A stretch of DNA of 32,000 nt from Caldivirga maquilingensis IC-167 (GCF_000018305.1 NC_009954.1:1650001-1682000); one strand, 5' to 3'; positions 17,845 to 26,755 are shown, numbered from the stretch's first letter. A program made the numbers and translations. Notes: a model not told the origin generated them from the sequence alone.

Positions 17845-18634
17845 TGGTCTAACATTAAAACACGCCTACATACCCACACCAAGCCCAGTAATAAGCAGTA
17901 GTAACACTGTTTCAGCGGGCTTCTACAATATCTTAGTAATACTTTTAATGGCCTTAGCAGGCTTAATCGTAGTCTACCTCTTGGTTAGGTACGCTAAATT
18001 TAAGGCTTTTGCATTATTTAAAGACGTCATGATCATCTTCCTAGTCTACACACTGGTGACCTTCTACCTATATGAATACGCAACCTACTACGACATCTAC
18101 CCACTCCTACTCGTGGTAACCTTTTACCCATTAAGCCTAGGCCTAACAGCAGCATTAAGCTACTTCTCCCTATACAGTAATAATCAAGTATTGAGGAGTA
18201 TTGGCATAGTCTCCTACAGTGCCATGGCTGGTTCACTACTGGCCACAAGCCTACCCCCTGTTACAGCGGCAATGGTTCCAATAGCGTTAGCCATATACGA
18301 CGTATTCATGGTTTACAAGGGCCTACTGGGTAAGTTAGCCGACTCAATGAAGGGTGGGGTTGGGAGGAGTCTACTTAGGGGCCTTGTCCTTGACTTAAGG
18401 GATACGGCAATAGGTGTAGGTGACTTAGTGGTGTATTCACTTATGTCAAGCTTCACCATATCCCTCGCCGGAAGCTCAATGGCCTTAACACTCACTGTGC
18501 TTATACTAGGGGTTTTAATCGGCTTCTACGCAACCTACAGGTTACTCCTACCCTTCAGGGGGTATGCGCCAGCATTACCATTACCTGTATTGCTTGGTTT
18601 CGTACCAGTGATTCTAATTCTCCACGCCATTTAA
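17819..18634 (+). CDS. presenilin / signal-peptide-peptidase homologue (intramembrane aspartyl protease, MEROPS A22-like)
   Basis: Polytopic membrane protein with the three diagnostic motifs in order. YD is in AIYDVFMVY (nt 18296-18301). GxGD is in GVGDLVVYS (nt 18413-18424). PAL is in YAPALPLP (nt 18569-18577). The track start at 17765 overlaps the divergent gene, so an ATG at 17819 or 17825 is more likely. Confidence 0.75.
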   Translation: MIMGALLTIGLTLKHAYIPTPSPVISSSNTVSAGFYNILVILLMALAGLIVVYLLVRYAKFKAFALFKDVMIIFLVYTLVTFYLYEYATYYDIYPLLLVVTFYPLSLGLTAALSYFSLYSNNQVLRSIGIVSYSAMAGSLLATSLPPVTAAMVPIALAIYDVFMVYKGLLGKLADSMKGGVGRSLLRGLVLDLRDTAIGVGDLVVYSLMSSFTISLAGSSMALTLTVLILGVLIGFYATYRLLLPFRGYAPALPLPVLLGFVPVILILHAI

Positions 18635-18791
18635 CCCCACTCTAAGCGAACTTAATCAATACATTTACTAAATCCACTAGGATTCATTGATGGAAAAAGA
18701 AAAAGCCCCAGCCCCCTTTATCCTAAACCAGACTAGACTACGGCCGCTGAGTACCTGGTTTAAGGCTGCGTTTATAAGCATTTCCCATTGA

Positions 18792-20510
18792 CTACGCCAC
18801 GGCTGGTTTAACCACATCCTCATCAATGCTTATTAACGCCTCACCCTTAAGCTCAACCTCACCACCGCTTACGTTAGCCTCCCCATTAGTATACTCAATA
18901 CTAATGCCCCTCACAGTAACCCCATGTCCACTTAATGAACCATAACCCCTCACCAATATTCTTGAGGCCTCCCTTGAGTAGGCGGCGATAAGTAGTTTAC
19001 CTTGCCGTGGCCCCACGTAGATTAATTGCGCATCACCTTGAATTAATACGGCTGGTTGGTATTGGGCATATAGTGCATCCTCAACACCATACCCATTAAC
19101 AATCACCCTAACACCCCTCTCATGGGCTGTTTTAAGAATGTTCATTAACATGTTAAGTAAGTCGCCGCCCTCCTTAAGGTAAAGTAAGCTTAGGCAACGG
19201 GCCACTGCCTCATACTCACTCCACTTACCGTTAATAACATTACGGTAACCAAGTAGGCAGGCTCTCTTAGCAATGTTATATAATTCACTGTTATTCAAGT
19301 ATATTGAGGCCTTTAACGCCAACCTACTGCTAAGTAAACTATAACCCCTGTAGGGTGGGTACTTGTCATCCTCCCCCTCACCCATATGCATCTTCGAGTA
19401 TAAACTGTAGTAAAGGTACCCATCACTTCTCTGGAATTCACCGGAGAGGCTAATAATAGCCTCAACACCACTTAACGCATGATTAACGCACTCACTGCAT
19501 AAGCCCCTAACGTAAGCCTCACTGAAGGATAAAACAGCCATCAGGTGCGTGTTCAATACCATTAGGTTCTCCCAACCCTGTGGATCACTGGAGAGGAAAT
19601 GCCTACTACCCCACCTAAACCACTTTAACCCATTACCCAAGTCAATGTAGCCTAGGCAATTGGGTGGTTGAGTTAAGTAACATTCAAGTGCCTTAACCGC
19701 ACCCTTAAGGTACCTTGAATCACCGATTAATTCAAAACCCCTTAGTAAGGTGTTGAATACGTATGATTGCTGGGGTGACCCGTAAATATCCTTAGCCCTA
19801 GCCGCAGTAATGTAAGGTATTTTAACACCACCATGCTCATTCATTCTATTTAATAATTCCTCATAGGCGAATACCAGGATATCTAGGAAAACGGGGTTAC
19901 TTGACTCAATCCAATTGGTTAACGCGGTATTAGCTACATCACCCCTAACCCAGTAGTAGGCTTGATTAGGCTTTATGAAGCTGGGTAATTCACTCTCCTT
20001 AACGTAACCAGCCTTAACCAACGCCCATATTAAACCATCCTCAAAGAACCCACCGTAAAGTATAGGTAATGGCTTCGGTAATTTACCTAGAGCATGAGTA
20101 AGCTCCTTAACATTACTAGTAATAGTAATTAAGGCATCACAGTAATCACCCTTACCATTAACTTTAACCCAGAGTTCATTACCTTTAATGAGTAATTGAG
20201 GCTTAACCTCATTAATCAAGTACGGCCCCACATCATTCTCACTATAACAGTAGGCGGCGAGGGGAATAATCATGCAGCCGTTACCCCCTGAACCCAAGTC
20301 ACCCACTGTTACGTCCCTAGTTACACCGCTTAATCTAACATCACTTAATCGTGACGACGCATGAATAATAATGTACCAGTTACCGCTTAACCCCCCATTA
20401 AATAGTTTAACCGAGTACTCGCCTTGGTTACACTCCTTAATTAGGCCCCTTGAGGCGCAGTTCCTTAAATCCAGGTTTAAACCGCAAGCCACATTTAGGC
20501 CTCTTTTCAA
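18792..20510 (-). CDS. hypothetical 572-aa cytoplasmic protein; the central part may be an alpha/alpha-toroid (glycan epimerase/lyase-like) fold
   Basis: Long uninterrupted ORF with a TTG start at 20510 and no N-terminal ATG nearby. There is no signal peptide or TM segment. The central helical region (MVLNTHLMAVLSFSEAY, RGYSLLSSRLALKASIYL) faintly recalls C5-epimerase/heparinase-type toroids. The fold call is speculative. Confidence 0.6.
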   Translation of the reverse strand: MKRGLNVACGLNLDLRNCASRGLIKECNQGEYSVKLFNGGLSGNWYIIIHASSRLSDVRLSGVTRDVTVGDLGSGGNGCMIIPLAAYCYSENDVGPYLINEVKPQLLIKGNELWVKVNGKGDYCDALITITSNVKELTHALGKLPKPLPILYGGFFEDGLIWALVKAGYVKESELPSFIKPNQAYYWVRGDVANTALTNWIESSNPVFLDILVFAYEELLNRMNEHGGVKIPYITAARAKDIYGSPQQSYVFNTLLRGFELIGDSRYLKGAVKALECYLTQPPNCLGYIDLGNGLKWFRWGSRHFLSSDPQGWENLMVLNTHLMAVLSFSEAYVRGLCSECVNHALSGVEAIISLSGEFQRSDGYLYYSLYSKMHMGEGEDDKYPPYRGYSLLSSRLALKASIYLNNSELYNIAKRACLLGYRNVINGKWSEYEAVARCLSLLYLKEGGDLLNMLMNILKTAHERGVRVIVNGYGVEDALYAQYQPAVLIQGDAQLIYVGPRQGKLLIAAYSREASRILVRGYGSLSGHGVTVRGISIEYTNGEANVSGGEVELKGEALISIDEDVVKPAVA

Positions 20511-20581
20511 TATTTAAACGTATTAATTAATGCATTCGAAGCCACGATAAGTTAATTAACCCTATTGATGCTTGACTTAAC

Positions 20582-21544
20582 GTGGACCTGGAGGACTTAA
20601 GAGCATTAATGAGTATGATTAAGGCTAAGTTAATGAACAGGCCCATTGCCTTATGCGACATAGGGGATGCTGATGGCTTAACCAGTGCGGCTTTATTCCT
20701 CATGAAGTACCCAAACGGTTTAGTGGTATTCGCCCCACCAAGTAAGGTGCAGAGGGGTTGGTTATACAGGTTGATTGAGTGGGATTTCGTAGCCGACTTA
20801 CCCTGTCCAGGGAAGGCCGTGATTAGGGCTGATCACCACAGGACCAATAAGCCGTGCGCCAAATTCGAGTACTATGATCCAGAGGCACCTTGCTCAGCCT
20901 ACATGGCGGCTAAGGGACTTAACCTTAATGACTTGAAGGCTCAGGACCTTGTTAAGGTGGCTATAGAGACTGATACAGCTAACATAGTCTCCAGGGAGGC
21001 GGAGGAAATAGATATGGCTGCCAGGTTCTCCAGCTACAGTGAGAAGATTAGGTTGGCTAAGGCGCTGGCGCAGGGAGGGTTAATGGCGCTTAATGAGCCT
21101 TGGGTTAAGACCATTGTGGAGAGGGGGTATAGGGCTAAGGAGCTTATGTTGAAGATAGCTGATCAATTACCAATAGATAACGTGGTTAACGTATACTTTA
21201 GTGAGAGGGTAGGTAGCTTATCCTACAGGCAGTTAACGATAGAGCTTCAAAAGAGAGGGGCTGGTATGGTTAATATACTGGTTAAACTAGGTTCAAGAAC
21301 CTTCAGGTATTATTGCGGAGCCGATAAGTCGAGATTCGACTGCACAAGGATAGCCTCAGCCCTGGGTGGTGGCGGGCATCCATATGCCGCTGGGGCTCAG
21401 TATAAGGCACCCTTGCTTAAGCCTAGGCAGGGCCTCGAGTTATTCATCAAAGTGCTTAAGGATAAGTTAAATATGGATAAGTTAAGCCTAGTGGAGGTGT
21501 TGAATGACACCAACGGCGTAAGCATTAGGAGGCTTCAAGTATAG
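20582..21544 (+). CDS. DHH/DHHA1-family phosphoesterase (NrnA/RecJ-like)
   Basis: 320 aa, GTG start. Motif I is CDIGDADGLTSAA, motif III is RADHHRTN, and the DHHA1 motif is LGGGGHPYAAG. Confidence 0.8.
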   Translation: MDLEDLRALMSMIKAKLMNRPIALCDIGDADGLTSAALFLMKYPNGLVVFAPPSKVQRGWLYRLIEWDFVADLPCPGKAVIRADHHRTNKPCAKFEYYDPEAPCSAYMAAKGLNLNDLKAQDLVKVAIETDTANIVSREAEEIDMAARFSSYSEKIRLAKALAQGGLMALNEPWVKTIVERGYRAKELMLKIADQLPIDNVVNVYFSERVGSLSYRQLTIELQKRGAGMVNILVKLGSRTFRYYCGADKSRFDCTRIASALGGGGHPYAAGAQYKAPLLKPRQGLELFIKVLKDKLNMDKLSLVEVLNDTNGVSIRRLQV

Positions 21545-21617
21545 TTTCATTCGCCGTCTCCTTCATTACTGGTTTTGACCGGGTTAGGTTAATATACTTG
21601 GGTTTAATTAATGACTC

Positions 21618-21914
21618 ATGAATGAGCTTACGGATAAGGATATTGCAGTCCTAGTTCACTTAAAGAAGGCTAATGTTGATTACGGTAAATCCATTGCATT
21701 AAACACCGGGATACCTCTACAGGAGGTTTTGCAAATACTTGATAAGCTTGAATACATGGGCCTAGTGGAGAGGGTTAAGGGTGGTAAAACCCTTAAGAGG
21801 AGTGTGGCTAGGTTTAAGCTTAGCAGTGAGGTTAGGAGGCATCACGTCTACTATAGATTAAGCAGAAGCGGTGAATTACTTATCAGGGCTAGTGTTAAAC
21901 GTAGTAAGCGGTAG
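21618..21914 (+). CDS. small winged-helix DNA-binding protein (DUF2250-like)
   Basis: 98 aa. The pattern ...SIALNTGIPLQEVLQILDKLEYMGLVERV... is typical of a wHTH recognition helix plus wing. The C-terminus is basic. Confidence 0.6.
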   Translation: MNELTDKDIAVLVHLKKANVDYGKSIALNTGIPLQEVLQILDKLEYMGLVERVKGGKTLKRSVARFKLSSEVRRHHVYYRLSRSGELLIRASVKRSKR

Positions 21915-21916
21915 CA

Positions 21917-22321
21917 TCATGGTATTAGCAGGAGCTTTGTTTCACCATCCTCAATAATCACGCCTATTAGCCCCAGGTTCTTAACGTCATCACCCATCTT
22001 TTCAATAACGCTAATCGCCTTATTAAGGGAATTAGAAATCATCATTAGCTTATCCCTAATAGTACTCATTAATGCATTAAGCTCAAACAATGGAGGAGTC
22101 ACATGAACATCTATTACGTAGTTGAAGTAAGTGAACCTAATGTACTCGTAAGAACCACCCCCACCCTTAGCCATTAATCTCCTCTCACCCTTAATAAGTC
22201 TCCTTACTGTGGATAACTCGGAATCAATGTAACTTAACACCTTACTCAACTGCTCCACATCACTCCTAATATCGTCAACAGCCGTCTTCGCATTGTAAAA
22301 TTTCATAAAGTCAATAGGCAT
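21917..22321 (-). CDS. hypothetical protein
   Basis: 134-aa ORF with an ATG start and a TTAAAT box about 30 nt upstream on the minus strand. I recognise no family. Confidence 0.5.
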   Translation of the reverse strand: MPIDFMKFYNAKTAVDDIRSDVEQLSKVLSYIDSELSTVRRLIKGERRLMAKGGGGSYEYIRFTYFNYVIDVHVTPPLFELNALMSTIRDKLMMISNSLNKAISVIEKMGDDVKNLGLIGVIIEDGETKLLLIP

Positions 22322-22473
22322 CCCGGTATCAACCTAATTTCAGACATTTAAGTATTCCGCATTAACGCAACTACACAGTCAGGTAACTGGCGTAGAGAGT
22401 TAGCACAGGAGGACTGTGATGGGCTGGGCCATGGTAATTGACGATGGGATCTAGGGGTCTAGCCCCCTTCTTT

Positions 22474-22865
22474 TCAACTCGTTAAAAACCCTACTCGCAA
22501 TCTCAACAACACCCCTATACTCCCCTCCCTATTCCTTATTATCCTGGCTACAGCATCAGTGTTCACTGTGGCATATTGAATTATTATGTTCCTAAACCTA
22601 ACCACGGACCTATACCTAGTGAAATCCTCGGGCTTAGGACACCGGCATCCCTAAGCCTAACACCGGCATCAATATACCCTTTAACACCGAGCCCCAGTAG
22701 TGCGGCTGCCCTCATAATAATATCAATTAAAGCCTGTGCCTGTAACTGAAGGAGATGCACTGCTGCGTTAAGTCTGTAAACATCATTAAGATCCTCAACC
22801 CTCAACTCATCAAGCAACCCTGTATGCTCCAGTATTAACTTCAACAGCCTACTTATTGTCCCCAT
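22474..22865 (-). pseudogene. HEPN (DUF86/HepT-like) toxin gene, frameshifted and with a degenerate Rx4H motif
   Basis: The track ORF 22584-22865 (93 aa) has a DUF86-like helical N-terminal part but ends in GPWLGLGT*. Removing the shift at the C/G run near 22629-22634 continues the reading as ...GVLSP|EDFTRYRSVVRFRNIIIQYATVNTDAVARII... down to the TGA at 22474-22476, about 130 aa in total. The motif reads RNIIIQ (nt 22576-22593), so Gln replaces the expected His. Confidence 0.6.
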
Positions 22866-23251
22866 TTACTAACCACCGCGTTGAACTGGGTTCCCAGTAG
22901 GTCTAGCTTCTCTGAATCTATAATGAAGTCTATGCAGGGTTTCAAAATCCTTAACATAATATCCAGGTACTCATCAATATCCCTCGTGTACAGGAGCTTA
23001 CCCTTGCCCAGGGCGCTTGTCACTAATGTGCATGGTATAGACTCATAGTCATTGAGCACCAGTAGGTCTACATCCTCATCCCTAACACCCAGAAACCTAG
23101 CCAACGCATACTGTAGGTCTACATCCCTCTCCGCATCCTCAAGGTAAACGGCAATATCCCAATCACCCTTAACCACACCGCCCCAAGCCCTGGATCCATA
23201 AAGCACCGCGAAGACGACCCCGTAGTTACGCCATGGAAATTCCCCAAGCAC
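22853..23251 (-). CDS. minimal nucleotidyltransferase (MNT/MntA-like antitoxin)
   Basis: 132 aa, GTG start. It has the nucleotidyltransferase signature VLYGSRAWGG...GDWDIAVYL (the G-S ... DxD motif). It overlaps the downstream HEPN start by 13 nt, the classic MNT-HEPN operon layout. Confidence 0.8.
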   Translation of the reverse strand: MLGEFPWRNYGVVFAVLYGSRAWGGVVKGDWDIAVYLEDAERDVDLQYALARFLGVRDEDVDLLVLNDYESIPCTLVTSALGKGKLLYTRDIDEYLDIMLRILKPCIDFIIDSEKLDLLGTQFNAVVSKWGQ

Positions 23252-23269
23252 AGTGAAGCATAAGGCGGT

Positions 23270-23280
23270 CTTTAATTTAT
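23270..23280 (-). promoter_or_regulatory. TATA-like box (reads ATAAATTAAAG on the minus strand) upstream of the MNT-HEPN operon
   Basis: Centred about 24 nt upstream of the GTG at 23251. Confidence 0.3.
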
Positions 23281-23596
23281 TCTTAACTCCATGAACATAA
23301 GGTGTTGAGATTCCTTACATGGGGATTTGCGGAGGCATAATGCTTAATAAGCAGCGTCATAGTTAAAATGGATAAGTCTGGGTTAGGTCATGGCCAGTGA
23401 CAGGGGACTGATGCTGAGGTGCCTTTGACTTACTGACATACAGCTTAGGTTAATGACCATGAGATCGATAGAAATATGTAAGAATTCACAGTACTAACTT
23501 CGCTTATTGAATCGACTAAGGGGTTAGTTAAGGGACTCTGGGGTCCTGAAGTAAGTCTGTTGAAGCCTTATGTCGACTTAAAGTCAATGAGCATTA

Positions 23597-23917
23597 TTAC
23601 TCTGTTGCCCTCTGTCTCATGGACTCCTTCCAAACCTGCTTCTGCCTCTCAGGTGCCTTAAGCTCCTCCGGCGTGATTGTCCTACCCATTATGGTTTGAG
23701 GAATATAAGCCCCACCGGCGAATGTGAAGCCGCATTTTGGGCATTGCCAGATACCGAAGGCAAGTCTCTTAAGCCTAACCAGTGACCTGCATTGCGGGCA
23801 CCTATGCATTCCCCTTTGCTTAACCTCTATCTGAAGCACCTTCCTCCTAATCCCCATCCCGTACCTGGCGCCGAATCTACCAGTTGGTCCAACAATCTTA
23901 GTGTGACTGAATGGCAC
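23597..23917 (-). CDS. rpl37ae: 50S ribosomal protein L37Ae (eL43)
   Basis: 106 aa, GTG start. GPTGRFGARYGMGIRRK is followed by the zinc ribbon CPQC...x...CPKCG, characteristic of eL43. Confidence 0.85.
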   Translation of the reverse strand: MPFSHTKIVGPTGRFGARYGMGIRRKVLQIEVKQRGMHRCPQCRSLVRLKRLAFGIWQCPKCGFTFAGGAYIPQTIMGRTITPEELKAPERQKQVWKESMRQRATE

Positions 23918-23937
23918 ACTTCATCACCCAGCCTGCC

Positions 23938-23945
23938 TTTAAAAA
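23938..23945 (-). promoter_or_regulatory. TATA-like box (TTTTTAAA on the minus strand) upstream of rpl37ae
   Basis: Centred about 24-25 nt upstream of the GTG at 23917. Confidence 0.3.
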
Positions 23946-24015
23946 CTTTACCATAAACAGCGTCCTCCCTTATCCCATTAAACAATACTAAAAAGCCCAC
24001 TGAAAACACTTCACC

Positions 24016-24861
24016 GTGGAGTATAGGTTATTTGGGAAGAGTGGGGTTAGGGTTTCCGCAATAGGCATGGGTACTTACTATGATCCACTGTGGATTGCAG
24101 CATCCATGATTGGTTTAAAACCCTCCAGGAATAGAAAACTGCAAGCCTTAAGGGTTGGGTTAGAGAATGGCATTAACCTAATTGATACCGCTGAAATATA
24201 TGGTAGTGAACCCATTGTTGGTGAGGCTATTAGGGGGTTTAATAGGGATGAATTATTCATAGCCACTAAGGTTTGGCCAAGCCACCTTAAGTATGATTCA
24301 GTGATTAAGGCTGCTCAAGGCAGCTTAAGGAGACTTGGCGTTAAGTACATTGACCTCTACCAGATCCATTTCCCAAACAGGAGGGTACCCATTGAGGAGA
24401 CTATGAGAGCTATGGAGTACCTGGTGGATAAGGGTATTGTGAGATTCATTGGCTTAAGCAACTTCAACCTGAATCAGGTAATTGAGGCTCAGCAGGCTTT
24501 AAAAAAGTATGAGGTTACCGCACTTCAATTACCCTATAGCCTAGTGGATAGGAGGATTGAGGGGGATATTATACCGTACGCTAAGAAGGAGAATATTGCC
24601 ATACTATGCTACTACCCCCTGGGTCATGGTAGATTAGTGAGGGAGTTTCCAAGTGATTTAATAAACCTGGTTAAGAGTAATCATGGGGATAAGACACCTG
24701 CCCAAATAGCCTTAAACTGGATAATAAGTAAGCATGAGAACGCATTCCCAATACCCAGGGCATCTAATCCAATCCACGTAAGGGAGAACCTTGATGCAGT
24801 GGGTTGGAGGCTAAGTGAGGAGGAGATTAAGGCCATTGAGGCGTGGTTCCAGGGTAAGTAG
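24016..24861 (+). CDS. aldo/keto reductase (paralogue 2)
   Basis: 281 aa, GTG start. It has IDTAEIYGSE, IDLYQIHFP, GLSNF and IPRASNPIHVRENL blocks, and is collinear with the 1857-2702 product. Confidence 0.85.
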   Translation: MEYRLFGKSGVRVSAIGMGTYYDPLWIAASMIGLKPSRNRKLQALRVGLENGINLIDTAEIYGSEPIVGEAIRGFNRDELFIATKVWPSHLKYDSVIKAAQGSLRRLGVKYIDLYQIHFPNRRVPIEETMRAMEYLVDKGIVRFIGLSNFNLNQVIEAQQALKKYEVTALQLPYSLVDRRIEGDIIPYAKKENIAILCYYPLGHGRLVREFPSDLINLVKSNHGDKTPAQIALNWIISKHENAFPIPRASNPIHVRENLDAVGWRLSEEEIKAIEAWFQGK

Positions 24862-24918
24862 ATTAAGACTAAGGTTAAACACAGTAGGGTTATTAAACAC
24901 TGGGCATTTGCATTAAGT

Positions 24919-25290
24919 ATGAGTTACACCTTAGTTAACGTAAACGACGTTAAACCAGAGCCCCTTAATATAAAGGGTTCAGCGGGTGTGTTTACCCAAT
25001 GGTTAGTTAGTAAAGGTAATGGCTCAAGTAAATACGCTGTTAGAAGGCAGTTAATTAAACCTGGAGGCAAGGCGCCGCTTCATAGGCATGCCTATGATGA
25101 AACATTCCTAGTACTAAATGGTAGAGGCGTTATGACTATTAATGGCGAATCCATTGAAGTTAAACCAGGTGTATGCGTGTTCGTGCCATCTAAGATGCCT
25201 CACTCAATAAGGAATACCGGTGACTATGACTTAGAGTTAATTACCGTAATATCTTATGAAGAGGACATGAGTATTGAGGTCCTGGAGTAG
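24919..25290 (+). CDS. cupin-domain protein
   Basis: 123 aa. Cupin motif 1 matches G-x5-HxH-x3-E-x6-G exactly (GGKAPLHRHAYDETFLVLNG). Motif 2 is GVCVFVPSKMPHSIRN. Confidence 0.75.
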   Translation: MSYTLVNVNDVKPEPLNIKGSAGVFTQWLVSKGNGSSKYAVRRQLIKPGGKAPLHRHAYDETFLVLNGRGVMTINGESIEVKPGVCVFVPSKMPHSIRNTGDYDLELITVISYEEDMSIEVLE

Positions 25291-25332
25291 TTTACGCATA
25301 TTACTTAATGTGAATCATTAGTTGGTGAACCA

Positions 25333-25342
25333 TTTTTATAAA
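25333..25342 (+). promoter_or_regulatory. TATA box (TTTTTATAAA) upstream of the CoADR/NOX gene
   Basis: Centred about 26 nt upstream of the ATG at 25364. This argues against the track's TTG start at 25322, which would place the box inside the coding region. Confidence 0.4.
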
Positions 25343-25363
25343 CCACACGTAATACTCATGGTA

Positions 25364-26686
25364 ATGCGAGTAGTAGTGATTGGTGGTGGAGCCGCCGGTA
25401 TGAGTGCAGCATCAAGGATTAAGAGAATTAGACCTGACTACGACGTGGTGGTTTTTGAGTCAACTAACATAGTTAGTCACGCCCCATGTGGTATACCCTA
25501 CTTCCTGGAGGGTCTTTTCAATGATGAATCACTCTTCATGCATTACACACCCGACTACTTCACTAGTGTTAGGGGTGTTAGGGTGAGGGTTAATGAGAGT
25601 GTTGTTAAAGTGGGTGATGGATTCATTATTACTAATACTGGTAATCGCGTGAATTGGGATTACTTAGTGTTAGCCACAGGATCAGTACCAAGGATCCCAA
25701 ACATACCCATTAGCGGTAATAAAGTATTCACAATACACCACCCCTCCAGGGCCGTGGAGGTTAGGAGAATTCTTGATTCGGTTAATGTTATTGGTATTGT
25801 TGGTTCAGGTTACATTGGGCTTGAGGTTGCTGAGGCAATGAGGGTTAAGGGTAAGGAGGTTATTATTGTGAGTAGATCAAGTTACCCATTAAGTAGGTCA
25901 CTGGATAGTGACTTAGGTGCATTAGTTACTGAGGAATTGATTAAAAGTGGGGTTAAGGTTAAGCTGAATGAGAGACTTATTGAAATAGGCAGGCAGGGTG
26001 ATTCCCAGGTAATAATCACTGATTCAGGTAAATACATTGTTGATGCCGTTATTCTAGCCACAGGCATAGCACCTAATGTTGAATTAGCCAGTATGCTTAA
26101 TTTAAGGATTGGGGAAACCGGGGCCGTATGGGTTAATGAACACATGGCTACGAGTAGGGAGAATGTTTACGCAGCCGGTGATGTTGCTGAGACTATTAAT
26201 GTGGTGACCAATGAACCCTACTGGCATCCATTCGGCACCACTGCTAATAAGATGGGTTACACTGCTGGTAGTAATATAGCTGGCTTAAGGTTAAGATTCC
26301 CTGGGGTAGCTGGTACATCAATGACTAGGTTTATGAACATGTACGTGGCTTCAACAGGCTTAACTGAGAGTGAGGCTGTGAAGCATGGTTTAAGAGTGGC
26401 CTCCACTGTGATAAGGGCTAGGACGAGGGCTAGGTACTATCCAGGTGATGGGGAGCTTATCGTTAAATTAATCGCTGAGAAGGGTTCAGGGAGGATAATT
26501 GGTGGTCAATTCATTGGTAGTGATGGTGGACAGGTACTTGGTAGGGTTAATACATTAGCCTCATTAATATATAAGAAGGCTACAGTGGAGGATCTATTCC
26601 TAACCGACCTAGCTTACCTTCCACCTGTCACCCAGGTTTGGGACCCATTAATAATAGCTGCGCGTCAATTATTCAATAAACTGTAA
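25364..26686 (+). CDS. CoA-disulfide reductase / NADH oxidase family flavoprotein (single redox-active Cys)
   Basis: MRVVVIGGGAAGMSAA is the FAD GxGxxG motif. SHAPCGIPY is the active-site Cys. IVGSGYIGLEVAEA is the second dinucleotide fold. YAAGDV is also present. Confidence 0.8.
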   Translation: MRVVVIGGGAAGMSAASRIKRIRPDYDVVVFESTNIVSHAPCGIPYFLEGLFNDESLFMHYTPDYFTSVRGVRVRVNESVVKVGDGFIITNTGNRVNWDYLVLATGSVPRIPNIPISGNKVFTIHHPSRAVEVRRILDSVNVIGIVGSGYIGLEVAEAMRVKGKEVIIVSRSSYPLSRSLDSDLGALVTEELIKSGVKVKLNERLIEIGRQGDSQVIITDSGKYIVDAVILATGIAPNVELASMLNLRIGETGAVWVNEHMATSRENVYAAGDVAETINVVTNEPYWHPFGTTANKMGYTAGSNIAGLRLRFPGVAGTSMTRFMNMYVASTGLTESEAVKHGLRVASTVIRARTRARYYPGDGELIVKLIAEKGSGRIIGGQFIGSDGGQVLGRVNTLASLIYKKATVEDLFLTDLAYLPPVTQVWDPLIIAARQLFNKL

Positions 26687-26755
26687 CACGGCATTCACAT
26701 TGAGGAGACCCTTAACCTTCAGTCACATTAATTAAACAGCACCCGACACGCACTT

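Noticed and set aside
18033-18495. Minus-strand ORFs 18033-18248 and 18313-18495
   Set aside because: They lie antisense inside the presenilin-homologue gene, whose three catalytic-family motifs support the plus-strand reading.
22452-22480. GGGG-TCTAG-CCCC hairpin followed by CTTCTTTTC, read as a plus-strand terminator or the end of an ncRNA
   Set aside because: Both neighbouring genes are on the minus strand. The upstream TTTAAGTA-like element is better explained as the minus-strand TTAAAT promoter box of the 21917-22321 gene. The hairpin also overlaps the reconstructed HEPN 3' end.
23381-23440. Possible C/D-box sRNA (three CTGA elements and TGATGC in ...GGGGACTGATGCTGAGGTGCCTTTGACTTACTGACAT...)
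   Set aside because: There is no canonical RUGAUGA C box at the right distance. The TGATGC is immediately followed by CTGA, leaving no guide region. The opposite strand has no TGATGA either.
23827-24266. Minus-strand ORFs 23827-24009 and 24078-24266
   Set aside because: The first overlaps the rpl37ae 5' end and its promoter region. The second is antisense to AKR paralogue 2. Neither has motifs.
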